From: a candidate division FCPU426 bacterium
GTDB taxonomy: Bacteria > Oederibacteriota > Muellerivitia > Muellerivitales > Muellerivitaceae
Assembly: GCA_963771075.1 (NCBI GenBank)
Contig: CAVYSE010000003.1
Coordinates: 96,001-160,000 of the forward strand
Length of the DNA: 64,000 bases
Direction of reading: 5' to 3'
Part shown: positions 1 to 9,233 of the stretch, in pieces
Layout of the letters: each line of letters starts with the position of its first letter
How positions within the stretch are numbered: the first letter of the stretch is position 1
Translations under genes and position numbers: made by a program
The notes under the pieces: model-generated
What the model saw: only the letters and a program-made list of their open reading frames with translations
Told to the model about the DNA's origin: nothing
The model's database searches: none

Positions 1-411
1 CAGGGTGGTGAATATCTCATAGCCAATTTCAGGGTTATTCTTGAGAAACTTTTTGAAATCCTCACCCTTTATCACGTGGACAGCGCAATTCCCACAAGCC
101 TTGATGGTGGCCGAATAGGGGGCCTCGTCAAAAACGCTCATTTCCCCAAACATCGCCCCCCGCCCCAGGTCATTGAGGTATTTAAGCTTTGAATTGGCTT
201 CCTTACCGGATTTATAAACCTCCGCCCGGCCGTCGATCATGATATGGAGGTTTCCGCCTTCCTGGCCTTCTTTGAGGATGATATCCCCCAGCTTGAAATT
301 CACGACCTTGCCGAGCTTAAAAAGCAGGGCCAAATGATTGTCCGACAAACCATCAAAGAGGCTGACTTCGCGCAAGAAATCTTTCGTAACGGTTTGTTTC
401 CGTGTCGCCAT
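1..411 (-). CDS. cyclic nucleotide-binding domain protein (runs off window start)
   Basis: Manual translation MATRKQTVTKDFLREVSLFDGLS...EGQEGGNLHIMIDGRAEV...FGEMSVFDEAPYSATIKA; GGAGG RBS upstream. Confidence 0.85.
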   Translation of the reverse strand, partial: MATRKQTVTKDFLREVSLFDGLSDNHLALLFKLGKVVNFKLGDIILKEGQEGGNLHIMIDGRAEVYKSGKEANSKLKYLNDLGRGAMFGEMSVFDEAPYSATIKACGNCAVHVIKGEDFKKFLKNNPEIGYEIFTTL

Positions 412-465
412 AACGCCTCCCAATGATATAAAGCTTGGGTAAAATTTAAGGATTAATGTACGGTC

Positions 466-636
466 CTAAGGCTCTTTGAGGTTTTCATTTCCCCTTCGGT
501 GACGGCCATGTAGGGGCTCGGATTCTCTCTCTTTATTCAGCTTCCAAAGCCGGTAGTAGGTTCGGCCCAGGGCGAAAAGCAAACCGGCGATGCCTATCCC
601 ATAGAAAACAAAGGATAACCGGAAAAGTCCCACCAA
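466..636 (-). CDS. possible small single-TM protein (56 aa)
   Basis: Manual translation LVGLFRLSFVFYGIGIAGLLFALGRTYYRLWK..; fills the gap between two co-oriented genes. Confidence 0.35.
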   Translation of the reverse strand: MVGLFRLSFVFYGIGIAGLLFALGRTYYRLWKLNKERESEPLHGRHRRGNENLKEP

Positions 637-644
637 CCGGCCTT

Positions 645-1673
645 TTATTCGTCAGCCGTTTCCTGCGGCCGGTGAAATGGCGCGGTCCAATCCCGGACCA
701 CCCGGATTTCGTGGGGCAACAAGCGTCCTTTTAAATGGTGGCGAAGAATTTGAAGCGCCTTCCAGTCCTCGTTTTTGAGCTGGACCACCTTGGCCATCTT
801 TTCACCGGCGGGGGGCTCATCCGGTCCCACCCTCACCCAGACCCTTTTGCCCTCGGGTTTGACGTAAACCTGGACCGTCACTTTGGTTTTGGGGGCTTTG
901 AAGAACAATGAACGCCATTGGTCGCCAGGTTGTCCCTGGTAATTTCCCTTTTCCTGATCTGCTAAATTTTTGTATCCCTTGAAGATCAAAGCGTTTAACA
1001 CTTCCTGGGATGCCCAGGCAATGCGGGCGGTGGGATTTGAACCCTTGCCCTTAACCCATCCCCCAAAAATCACGTTGGGTTGGGCCGGAGGTACTGGCCA
1101 AGCGGAGCGGGGAGGCCCTTTTTTCTTGGGTTCCTCGCCAGTGCCGGTGACCCCTTCAGTCGCTGCGGGCAAGGCCTTGGTTTCAGGCGGTTGGGTCGTT
1201 TCCGTGGCGGCGGAACCGGGCAAGGGAGGCAAAGCGGGGGCGGTCGTTGTGGAAGACGAACCTGGCAAGGGCGGCAAGGAAGGCGCCGAGGTACTGGGAG
1301 CCGCGTTTTGCGGCGGCACCGGAGCCGATCCCTGATCCGGCAAAGGAGGCAAGGCGGGCCCGGAGGAAGCAGGTGTGGATGGGGACGCGGCAGGTGCCGC
1401 TGAACCTGGCAAAGGCGGAAGAACAGGGCCACCGCTTGTAGATGAGGAAGCTGAAGTATCGGGCAAGGGCGGCAAGGCAGGCCCTGAGGCGGCGGGTGTC
1501 GAGGTGGAGGGATTGCTGTTTGGAAGGGCTGGCATGGGTGGCGCGGAACCGCCCGATGGAGCCGCGGCGGCTTGGTCCGAACCCGGCATGGCTGGAAGGG
1601 GTGGCATATCCTGTGCTTGAACCCAACCCACGAAAGTCAAAAACATTGTCACTGCTAAAAATCGTTTTAACAT
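645..1673 (-). CDS. secreted Pro/Ser/Ala-rich hypothetical protein
   Basis: Signal peptide ending VQA, repeated (A/V/S)LPPLP motifs, globular C-terminus; RBS upstream. Confidence 0.75.
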   Translation of the reverse strand: MLKRFLAVTMFLTFVGWVQAQDMPPLPAMPGSDQAAAAPSGGSAPPMPALPNSNPSTSTPAASGPALPPLPDTSASSSTSGGPVLPPLPGSAAPAASPSTPASSGPALPPLPDQGSAPVPPQNAAPSTSAPSLPPLPGSSSTTTAPALPPLPGSAATETTQPPETKALPAATEGVTGTGEEPKKKGPPRSAWPVPPAQPNVIFGGWVKGKGSNPTARIAWASQEVLNALIFKGYKNLADQEKGNYQGQPGDQWRSLFFKAPKTKVTVQVYVKPEGKRVWVRVGPDEPPAGEKMAKVVQLKNEDWKALQILRHHLKGRLLPHEIRVVRDWTAPFHRPQETADE

Positions 1674-1794
1674 TCCTCGGCTCCTTGCCCCGGCAGGCGA
1701 AAAAGTGCTTTATTTTAGACTGATTTCCAGCCTAATCCGATAAAAAAAGTTAACTTTTCCTTACCTTGTTTTAGGTTTATCTCAAGGTTTTATC

Positions 1795-1928
1795 TAGCAG
1801 ACTGCTAAAAGTTTAAAAGGGCTACAAAGCAGCCTGCCTACCCCAAAGATTCCGCAGGAATCGTGGGGTTTCCACAAATGTCGTCAGCTGAAAAAGTCCG
1901 CTTTAGGGACTTTTTCAGCTTCCTGCTA
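1795..1928. mobile_element. small MITE-like element
   Basis: Imperfect inverted ends TAGCAGACTGCTAAAA / TTTTCAGCTTCCTGCTA; internal perfect 14-bp stem at 1886-1920. Confidence 0.45.
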
Positions 1929-1999
1929 TGGTTTTGAAATCTCAATAAACATGCCTTTCTAAACGCCTTGGTGTATTGGTGGTAAATCTTTAATTTTCG

Positions 2000-2488
2000 C
2001 TAAAACTTTGCCGTCAGAAGCGGTACTTCAAAAGCCAAGGCTTTTGGCTGTAAGGAATTGTCCGAAAAGGTCGTCTGGTGCGGAGGTGGATAGTTGTTAC
2101 TTAACACCGATACGCAGGCAACCGTCGTTGAACCGGCCAGGGCCGTGCCAACGAAATACCAGAAGTTATCCCCCACGGTGAAGGTCCCATTCGTAAAAAG
2201 GCCGATGGTGGCCCAAACTCCGAAACTGGCGAAGGCGGTAAAGGGGGTCGCGGTAATAAAAACGACCTGGAAATCCTCAACTTTGTTTTCTTTATACTCC
2301 ACCCCTTCTGGGTCGTACCCATTGGCCTCTCTTTCGTATTCGTAAGGCGGGGCGAAGCCATTGACCACATTGGGGTCTTCCTCATCCGTAACCGCGGCGG
2401 AATGCGCGCTCTGGGCATTACATATATGAGGCAATCCGAAACCCATGAGAATAAGGATGGTGAATAGGGTTAAAAGTCTTGAAAACAT
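2000..2488 (-). CDS. hypothetical membrane protein
   Basis: N-terminal signal plus two hydrophobic segments; start chosen at MFSRLL. Confidence 0.65.
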   Translation of the reverse strand: MFSRLLTLFTILILMGFGLPHICNAQSAHSAAVTDEEDPNVVNGFAPPYEYEREANGYDPEGVEYKENKVEDFQVVFITATPFTAFASFGVWATIGLFTNGTFTVGDNFWYFVGTALAGSTTVACVSVLSNNYPPPHQTTFSDNSLQPKALAFEVPLLTAKF

Positions 2489-2563
2489 GGGGTCATTGTA
2501 ATGGGGGGAGCGAGCAATCAAAAGGGGGAAAGACTTGAAAACCTTCCGAGTCATGCGTTTTTC

Positions 2564-2603
2564 GGTAGTGTCTCAGTTTAAACGGGCTATTAATTTAAGT
2601 CGT
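2564..2603 (+). repeat. isolated end of the MITE seen at 12735 and 23352
   Basis: GGTAGTGTCTCAGTTTAAACGGGCTATTAATTTAAGTCGT matches the MITE terminus. Confidence 0.7.
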
Positions 2604-2949
2604 AACTGTTCAGCGTAGCTTAAAAAAACATCCAACACATGCCGACCTTCCATGAAACCCTTTTATGAGGTCGGTATAGTCCTGGTTTCATTTGCTCCCA
2701 GGGAGCAAATGAGGACAAAGATACGAAGACACCCCATATGATTCACCGTGAATCATATGGGGTAGTACCGCCATCATTAAACCAATCAAATGGAGGGGCG
2801 GCACACAAAGGACAGCAAAAGAAGAATAAATACCTAAAAAATCTAAAACCAGGGCCTTATTTGCCTTTCTTCGTGGCTTAGTGGCTTCGTGTTGGCTGTG
2901 GGTTTGTCGGGCCTGAACTATTACGAATTGTCTATATCGGGGTTTGAAC

Positions 2950-3438
2950 CTAAAAAGCCTTGTTTTTGCATAGGAGAATGGCGTCGGGTGCTGGCCAAGC
3001 GGTCGAGACGGGTTCTTCAATGTTTACGGTGAATTCCTTAACACTGACGGTGGATGAAGGGGGGGCGATTTTTTCCACCTGGCCGACCAGGTGAAATTGC
3101 CTATGGACTACCCAGTCCCCCACCTCGATGACGTCTTGCCCCTTTTCGGGCTCACGCTGAAAAAGGGAAAGGATCGTTTTTTTCAACCGGTCCTGGCGTG
3201 ATTCCAGGTAGGCAAGGGCCCGCCCCTTGACGAAGGCCACTTCAAGGGGTGTTAGGTTCCGTTTAAAAGATAGTTCGATTTCCTTGAAGCACTTGATGAT
3301 AGCTGCCGTCCGTAAGGCTTTGGGGTCATCGGCGCTGATTCGGGACCCAGCCAAAAGCGTTTGCGGCCATTGGTATTCGGGTTTCTGAAAGGCTTGCCTC
3401 AGGTTTTTAAGGATATTGCCCGCGCAGCGTTCATCCAT
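2950..3438 (-). CDS. hypothetical protein, possible SH3-like C-terminus
   Basis: 162-aa ORF; IEVGDWVVHRQFHLVGQVEKI motif. Confidence 0.55.
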   Translation of the reverse strand: MDERCAGNILKNLRQAFQKPEYQWPQTLLAGSRISADDPKALRTAAIIKCFKEIELSFKRNLTPLEVAFVKGRALAYLESRQDRLKKTILSLFQREPEKGQDVIEVGDWVVHRQFHLVGQVEKIAPPSSTVSVKEFTVNIEEPVSTAWPAPDAILLCKNKAF

Positions 3439-3885
3439 TTACGGGTTACTTTCTACCCTTCAATTGGCCATCGAGAAGAAGGGTTTTGAGAGGTAACTTA
3501 AATATAAGATTATTGTAATGGCGGGCTTCTGTAATCAAAAGCGGGAAAGGTTTCATTATTTTTGGCTTTCTAAAACTTCAACCCTTTTCCGACTTCCCCT
3601 TCGGGAAAACCGGGCCACCCTGGTTTTTTCTTCCAGTCGTTACGCCGTCATCTCACCGCCGGTTTCCTCTGGAACTTCCGCCATATCTCGCCCATCTCGC
3701 CTTCCTGTTAGCGTAGGAAGAAGCGATTGGAATAGTTTCTATAAAATGAAGACTTGACCCCATTTTTCTCACCCATCCCGACCCACCCAAACAAAAAAAC
3801 CCCGTCCATCCGCGAGGATAAACAGGGTCGTTTTTGTTGAGAACAGGCTCTAATTTTAACGAAAACCAAGGTCGTAGGGTAAAAG

Positions 3886-3940
3886 TGGTGCCCGAGGTCG
3901 GACTTGAACCGACATGACCGTGAGGTCGATAGATTTTGAA
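3886..3940 (-). tRNA. 3' half of tRNA-Leu(CAA), from anticodon loop to CCA; 5' half absent
   Basis: Minus strand TTCAAAATCTATCGACCTCACGGTCATGTCGGTTCAAGTCCGACCTCGGGCACCA: CAA anticodon, long variable arm, T-loop GTTCAAGTC, CCA end. Confidence 0.85.
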
Positions 3941-4051
3941 CATTGGGGTCAGGTCTTTATTTTATATTGTCTATCCGGACCTTGAACCTCGTCTCTCCCT
4001 CCATCCTCTTCTTTACCATCGCCATCCGGTTCCCCACTGCCGAACACATTA
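3939..4051. repeat. 113-bp tandem unit, copy 1 (copy 2 = 4052-4064 + 5389-~5483, split by IS110); resembles the 3' end of a RAYT element
   Basis: AACATTGGGGTCAGGTCTTTATTTTATATTGTCTATCCGG.. repeated with few substitutions; GGGGTCAG also starts the RAYT TIR at 7830. Confidence 0.8.
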
Positions 4052-4099
4052 AACATTGGGGTCACCTATGAAAAAGAATGTCCAGGCAAAAGCGTAGTA

Positions 4100-4230
4100 T
4101 CACGGCCCCAAGTCCAACCTGAGTCTCAAAGGACTACAAGTCAGTCACCTATTCGCGGTTGTTTCACCGCACGATAACGTTGGACCCGGCCGCTCAATCA
4201 GGCCAAGGACCTCAACTCTTGCGGGTTGTG
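4100..4230 (-). ncRNA. candidate bridge/seek RNA of the IS1111-type element
   Basis: Contains GTTATC and ATAGGTGA, matching opposite strands of the predicted circle junction and flanking a hairpin. Confidence 0.6.
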
Positions 4231-5253
4231 TCAGACCCCGTCGGAGCTGGCCGGGCAGTCCTCAAAAGCTTCCTTCTTTCGTAACATATGAAAGATGCTT
4301 TTCAGCATAGCCCTTGCTACTGCTATTCGTCCCGCGTTATTCCCATGCTTCTTCTTCACCCTCGTGTATAAGGTCCCATACCGTCGGGTTTTGCGAATGG
4401 CATGAAGCGAGTTCTCAACCAATATCCAGCGAATCCATTTAGAACCCTGTTTGGTGATGTGGCCGTTGTGGCTTTTTCCCCCTGATGCGTGAACACTGGG
4501 GACCAATCCACCATAAGAACATAGATGTTCCGCGTCCGGGAACCGGCGAATATCCCCAATCTCGCTCAAAATTAATAAAGCCGAAAAGGCACCCACGCCT
4601 GGCATGGTCATCATCAGCTGGGCTTCCGGGCTTTCTGCTGCCATTTTCTTGATCACCTCTTCTGATTTGGCGATCTCTTGGCCTAGTTCCCGGATTACTT
4701 CCATATATCCGTCCAGTTCCAAACGGTAGCAAGGCCGGGTACCTACCGTGGCAAGTTCGCGGAAGTTCTTTATTCCGAATCGGTTTTTAGTAACGGGTTC
4801 GATTCCCGCCTTGGTCATGACCGAAGTCATCCGGTTTTTGGCTTGTGTTCTCAATTGCACCAGGGAAGCCCGGTACCTAAGGATTTCCCGTAAGTCGCGG
4901 ATCTCTCGGGGTGGCACATAGGCTCGTGGCAGCAGATCCACCCGCAAAAGTTGAGCCAGGATTCCCGAATCAATTTTATCCGTCTTGATCTTGGCCGAGG
5001 CTATGGCTTTGACCTTTTGGGGGTGGGCCAATACCAGGTTGGGGAATCGATCCTCGATGAGTTCGTAAAAGTGATACCAATGACCTGTGGCTTCTACTAC
5101 GACCTGGCTACTCACGGGTTGCTTCTTGAAATAAGCCTTTAAAGTATCCGCGTCGTTCTTCAGATCGACTTGTTCCAGCACCTTTCCTTTCTCATTCACT
5201 CTCGTGACGTAGGATGTTTTCTGGTGTAGGTCTACTCCGATATACTGTCCCAC
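4231..5253 (-). CDS. IS110 family transposase (DEDD recombinase)
   Basis: YIGVDLH, VVEATG, KTDKIDS, MPGVG, GLVPSVHASGGK motifs. Confidence 0.95.
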   Translation of the reverse strand: MGQYIGVDLHQKTSYVTRVNEKGKVLEQVDLKNDADTLKAYFKKQPVSSQVVVEATGHWYHFYELIEDRFPNLVLAHPQKVKAIASAKIKTDKIDSGILAQLLRVDLLPRAYVPPREIRDLREILRYRASLVQLRTQAKNRMTSVMTKAGIEPVTKNRFGIKNFRELATVGTRPCYRLELDGYMEVIRELGQEIAKSEEVIKKMAAESPEAQLMMTMPGVGAFSALLILSEIGDIRRFPDAEHLCSYGGLVPSVHASGGKSHNGHITKQGSKWIRWILVENSLHAIRKTRRYGTLYTRVKKKHGNNAGRIAVARAMLKSIFHMLRKKEAFEDCPASSDGV

Positions 5254-5531
5254 GGCTGCACCTCCTAAGCGTTTTGCACCACCTGCAAAGGTGAGTGCCT
5301 TTTCGACTCTGGGTTTATCCTAGAGCCTCGTCCCACTTAAGTGGAGACGCTCTACGCTTGGAGCTCTGCAGCCTTTTTCATGTTATCAGGTCTTTATTTT
5401 ATATTATCTATCCGGGCCTTGAACCGCGTCTCTCCCTCCATCCGCTTCTTTACCATCGCTATCCGGTTCCCCACTGCCGAACAAAAAAAGGCCACCATTA
5501 TCCACTTTAGACCCTTCCGCCCTCCACCGCA

Positions 5532-5645
5532 TTATCGCACCCGATAGGCCGCCTTCGGTTCCTCAATAAACCCGATCTTCCGAGCAGGTTTATTCGGTTC
5601 TTCATACCGCTTCTAATTGAAAGCTAATTGGAATGCGGCATCGTC
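5532..5645 (-). pseudogene. C-terminal remnant resembling ORF6N-family proteins
   Basis: ..DAAFQLAFN*KRYEEPNKPARKIGFIEEPKAAYRVR*; recognised by eye only. Confidence 0.35.
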
Positions 5646-5699
5646 CCCCCTTTTGACCTTTCGGGCAAAAGGGGACATTGGGTCCCCGTCGTGGAAAAC

Positions 5700-6107
5700 C
5701 TATTTTCTGATAACAAAGTTTTCCATTGAAACAGTCAGACCCGGGGTGGCACGGCGTAGGGCGCGATCCTCGGTCACGCAAGGCACCCCAAGCTGCTGGG
5801 CCAACAAGACATATTGGGCGTCGTAGGCTGATATTTTGTAATGAAGGGCGATTTCTAAGGTTTCAATGGGCCCCAATTCAACTTCGTTTGGAAGGAAATG
5901 GGCATAAACATCTTCTAATGCCTTGGCCGCTTTTTCTTTGGTTAATCCGCCCTGCCGGACATAGGTGGTGAATATGTTGAGAATTTCATGGCGCCAAAGA
6001 CTCGGAAGTCGCCAATACGGATCCCGATCACGCACTTGGAGGGCTAAAGGCGTCAGCGACCCTTCGATAATGGAATAAGCTAAGACATTCGCATCCACGA
6101 CAATCAA
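5700..6107 (-). CDS. vapC: PIN-domain VapC toxin
   Basis: IVVDANVL..HEILN..ISAYDAQY..VTEDRAL; TTG start overlaps the antitoxin stop. Confidence 0.9.
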   Translation of the reverse strand: MIVVDANVLAYSIIEGSLTPLALQVRDRDPYWRLPSLWRHEILNIFTTYVRQGGLTKEKAAKALEDVYAHFLPNEVELGPIETLEIALHYKISAYDAQYVLLAQQLGVPCVTEDRALRRATPGLTVSMENFVIRK

Positions 6108-6322
6108 GCGCGGCCCTCTTGGATGGTCTTTTTCAACCATGCGGGAGTGATGGGAAATTTCCCCTTGATGGGTTCGGGCCAAGGACGCTCGGAATGCCCG
6201 GACAAAGCTTCCTCCAGGAGAGCCAACGCTTCTTTGGTCATAGACCTTCGATGTTGGGTCGCGAATTCCTTGAGTTTCTTATGCACTGGGCCCGGAACGT
6301 TTTTGATCAAAATATCAGGCAT
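6104..6322 (-). CDS. ribbon-helix-helix (FitA/Arc-like) antitoxin
   Basis: MPDILIKNVPGPVHKKLKEFATQHRRSMTKEAL; GGAGG RBS; coupled to the PIN gene. Confidence 0.88.
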   Translation of the reverse strand: MPDILIKNVPGPVHKKLKEFATQHRRSMTKEALALLEEALSGHSERPWPEPIKGKFPITPAWLKKTIQEGRA

Positions 6323-6563
6323 ATCCGCCTCCTATCCAAACGATATCATAACAATATCATTACAATAGTTAAGTTTCAAGGCTCTTCCATAACTCGGGTT
6401 GTCTGCTAGGCCTCCCCGTCGTGGACAAAGAAACTTTAGAAAAGGTCCTACTCGGGAATCCAAATGCAATGGTTTATTGGGCTTATATTCATATTATTTT
6501 ATCCACGGGACCCCAGACCCGGTTCGATTTCAAGTTGAGTCGTAAATTACAACAGAGGTTCCC

Positions 6564-7330
6564 TCACGGCACGTCCAAAGCCAGCTTTTCCCTTTTCGGG
6601 TTGAAGCCATCGGACGATTGGGGGTCCTCCAAGCGGTGAGCGTCGTCCCACTCCTTCGGGTTCACGACATAAAGGCTGTGCTTGCCCGGCGCGAGGCCCT
6701 GCAGGGCCGCTTCCAGGTTTTCCCGGTGGGGCTGCTGGTCGGTATCCATATCCACGTTCCAAACCCTGTCCCCGAATAGGAAGCCCGACTTTTCCATGGG
6801 AGAGTTGTCCCACATCATCACGGCCTCGCCGCCGCCATCCAGCAAAACACCCTGGTTCGGGTAAGGCATACCGCGAACAGGCACCGCTTTGCCGTTTTGC
6901 GAGGTCTTGATAAAAAATTCCATGGCCGAAACCAGGTGCTCCATGGCCTCCGCGTTGGCGCAGAACATCGTGAAGGGCTTTTTCAGGCTGGACGCCACCA
7001 CGCCGCAATAGTAGGAAGTCCCCGGGTGGTCCGACACCGTTTCGATTTTGGAGCAATGGATGGCCCGGACGTCTTCCCAAAAGAACGCGGTTTTCGCCGG
7101 GCTGGCGCCCACCCCCAGGAAATTGCCCGCCAGGTTTCCCAGCGCGTCCCCCGGCAGGTTCAGGGTGAGCCCCGTGGCGCCCACTTGGACCGACTGGATC
7201 TGTTTCTTGTCGTGCCCCTGCACGAGGATGTATTTGTCCGGGTCCGCCAGGTCTTGCAGGCGTCCCGTGGCCATGCCCTCGCCCATTGCGCTATCGGCCG
7301 TGATTGGGCAATCCAGGACCCGGCATGACG
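6564..7330 (-). pseudogene. 5'-truncated gene fragment with PDZ-like C-terminus
   Basis: High-GC coding-like codon use only in this part; NSPMEKSGFLFGDRVWNVD is PDZ-like; the upstream part of the 426-aa ORF runs through repeats. Confidence 0.45.
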
Positions 7331-7829
7331 GGGGGAGAACGGCTATTTCAGCTTCGAGGTAACTCTTATCTTCGTCGCTCTCTTTCCAAGCGCAGGCGGA
7401 AATATAGGTAAGATTAGTCGACAGTCGACGGTCTGCAGCCAGAGCACCAATTCCCTTTTCCGGAATTGGCGCGCTCAAACCTTGTTCCCCGGTTTGAGAC
7501 CTCGGAACAGAGGACAGGGAAGCTTTGGGTTTAGCCGGCAGTCGACGGTCCGCAGTCTGCCCTGAGCCCCGTCGAAGGGTTGGCAGGGGCGCCTTTGGCG
7601 ATGATTGAACCTGAGAAGTCGTGTCGTTCTTTGTGTCTTCGTGTCTTTGTGTTGGATTTGAAGTTCCCGGGGTTGGAATTGTCGTGGGTAGTGGTTGAGG
7701 AAAAGCCTTACTATCGCCTTCCCAAGGGTTTACCCAAGACCCTACCCAATGGATTGCCCCGGAGGCGGTCCGGCTCAACAAGCCCCTTAGCCCTGCCGGG
7801 TGGAAGAAGAATAGTCGACCAGCTATAAA

Positions 7830-8851
7830 GGGGTCAGTCATCAATTATTAATATTTACAAGTTGGAGGCAATCGGTTAGCTTGTCGGGGCTATGAGAAAA
7901 CCTAGACTTCTTTATCTCGGCGGCTTGTACCACGTGATTGCCAGGGGAAATCAAAGGCAAAAAACATTTTTGGCCAAGGTTGATTTTCTTAAATATCTGG
8001 AACTATTAGGCGAGCATTTGGAAACGCGTGAAATAAGGCTTTATGCCTATTGCCTGATGCCCAACCATGTTCATCTGTTGGTAGAACAAGCCGGTGATTA
8101 TCCCTTGTCCCGGTATATGCATCGGCTCCAAACGGCTTATACCCAATTCTTCAACCGGACCCATAAGAAAGTAGGCCATCTTTTTCAGGGTCGGTATAAG
8201 GCCATATTGGTGGACAAGGATTCATATCTGTTGGAATTGGTTCGATACATTGGGTTGAATCCGTTCAGGGCGAAATTGGAGGAAAAGCCGGGAATATATC
8301 CCTGGACCAGCCACCAACAATATTTGGGCCGAGAGAATAAGCCATTGGCGAAAGTGGAAGTTGAACCAGTTTTGGCTCTTTTCAGCAAAATGAAGAAAGA
8401 AGCCCAAAAGGCCTATTTGAGGTTCGTCAAGGAAGGCATGGGGGAAGGCCATCGGGAGGATTTGTATGATGTCCGGCAGGGACATATTTTGGGGGACCAG
8501 GAATTCGAACAAAAAGCGCATCAAAAGGCCCAACGTCCGCTGTCAGGTGCGAGTTTGAAGGTGAAGAAAACATTACCTGAAATATGGAAAGTACTTTTGA
8601 AACGGGAAGGGCATAGTGAAGATCCGACAGGCCATCGCCGAAGCCGTTTAATGGAAGAAGCGGCCTATCTAGCGTTTGAGGGTTGTGGGATAAGCCAAAG
8701 AGAGATAGGGGTATATTTTGGGAAAAATCAAAGCGCAGTCAGCCAGGCCATTAGGCGTTTGGAGATGAAGTGGAAAGAACAGCCCGGGGAAAAGGAGAAG
8801 TGGTTTCGATGGGCGCGACACTTAGAATATTAATAAATGATGACTGACCCC
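7830..8851 (+). mobile_element. RAYT/Y1 HUH transposase element with 26-bp terminal inverted repeats
   Basis: GGGGTCAGTCATCAATTATTAATATT (7830-7855) versus the inverted copy at 8826-8851, 25/26 identical. Confidence 0.85.
7892..8833 (+). CDS. REP-associated tyrosine transposase (Y1_Tnp) with C-terminal HTH
   Basis: YHVIARGN, YCLMPNHVHLL (HUH), GHLFQGRYK, RYIGLNP, YPWTS. Confidence 0.92.
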   Translation: MRKPRLLYLGGLYHVIARGNQRQKTFLAKVDFLKYLELLGEHLETREIRLYAYCLMPNHVHLLVEQAGDYPLSRYMHRLQTAYTQFFNRTHKKVGHLFQGRYKAILVDKDSYLLELVRYIGLNPFRAKLEEKPGIYPWTSHQQYLGRENKPLAKVEVEPVLALFSKMKKEAQKAYLRFVKEGMGEGHREDLYDVRQGHILGDQEFEQKAHQKAQRPLSGASLKVKKTLPEIWKVLLKREGHSEDPTGHRRSRLMEEAAYLAFEGCGISQREIGVYFGKNQSAVSQAIRRLEMKWKEQPGEKEKWFRWARHLEY

Positions 8852-9233
8852 GTTCACCAAGACTTTTAGGAAATTATTTTGATCCGCGTGTTAATTTAGC
8901 AAACGACCTAGCCGGAGGGTTATCTTTTTTCAGAGTTTAGATGATGAGCTTTTGGGATTGCCAGGTTTTTTAAGTGCTGTTGTCAAAGTTGTAGCAGGAG
9001 TTATATGAATCAATTAGAAAATCTCTTCAAATTTTACAGCCAGGTGAAAAAAACTAAATCATTTGTATTTAGTGCGGCCCTATTGGGTGGTGTAGTCGTA
9101 ATATTCAACTATTGTTTTTATCACTACTATTTGAGGTTTCGAATTCCTTTTATAACAGATTTGGATTCATTTGAATTTGATTTCTTGGGATATTTTTTAA
9201 ATATTACTACTTGTATGATTTTTTATATATTCT

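Larger units (their letters stand above)
4065..5388 (-). mobile_element. IS110 family element, IS1111 type (subterminal IRs, long 3' non-coding region)
   Basis: Boundaries defined by the empty site at 3941-3960; shared TCA core, no TSD; subterminal IRs ATGAAAAAG-N13-AAGCGTAG at 4068-4097 and 5352-5381. Confidence 0.9.

Noticed and set aside
3653..3943. 96-aa ORF
   Set aside because: It overlaps the tRNA fragment and a terminator-like hairpin; spurious.
3886..3960. Intron-containing tRNA-Leu
   Set aside because: The anticodon loop is contiguous in the fragment, and no 5' exon or group I core was found.
7330..7844. N-terminal part of the 426-aa ORF (6564-7844)
   Set aside because: It starts inside the RAYT TIR and reads through 7-mer, 9-mer and palindromic repeats; probably chance read-through.
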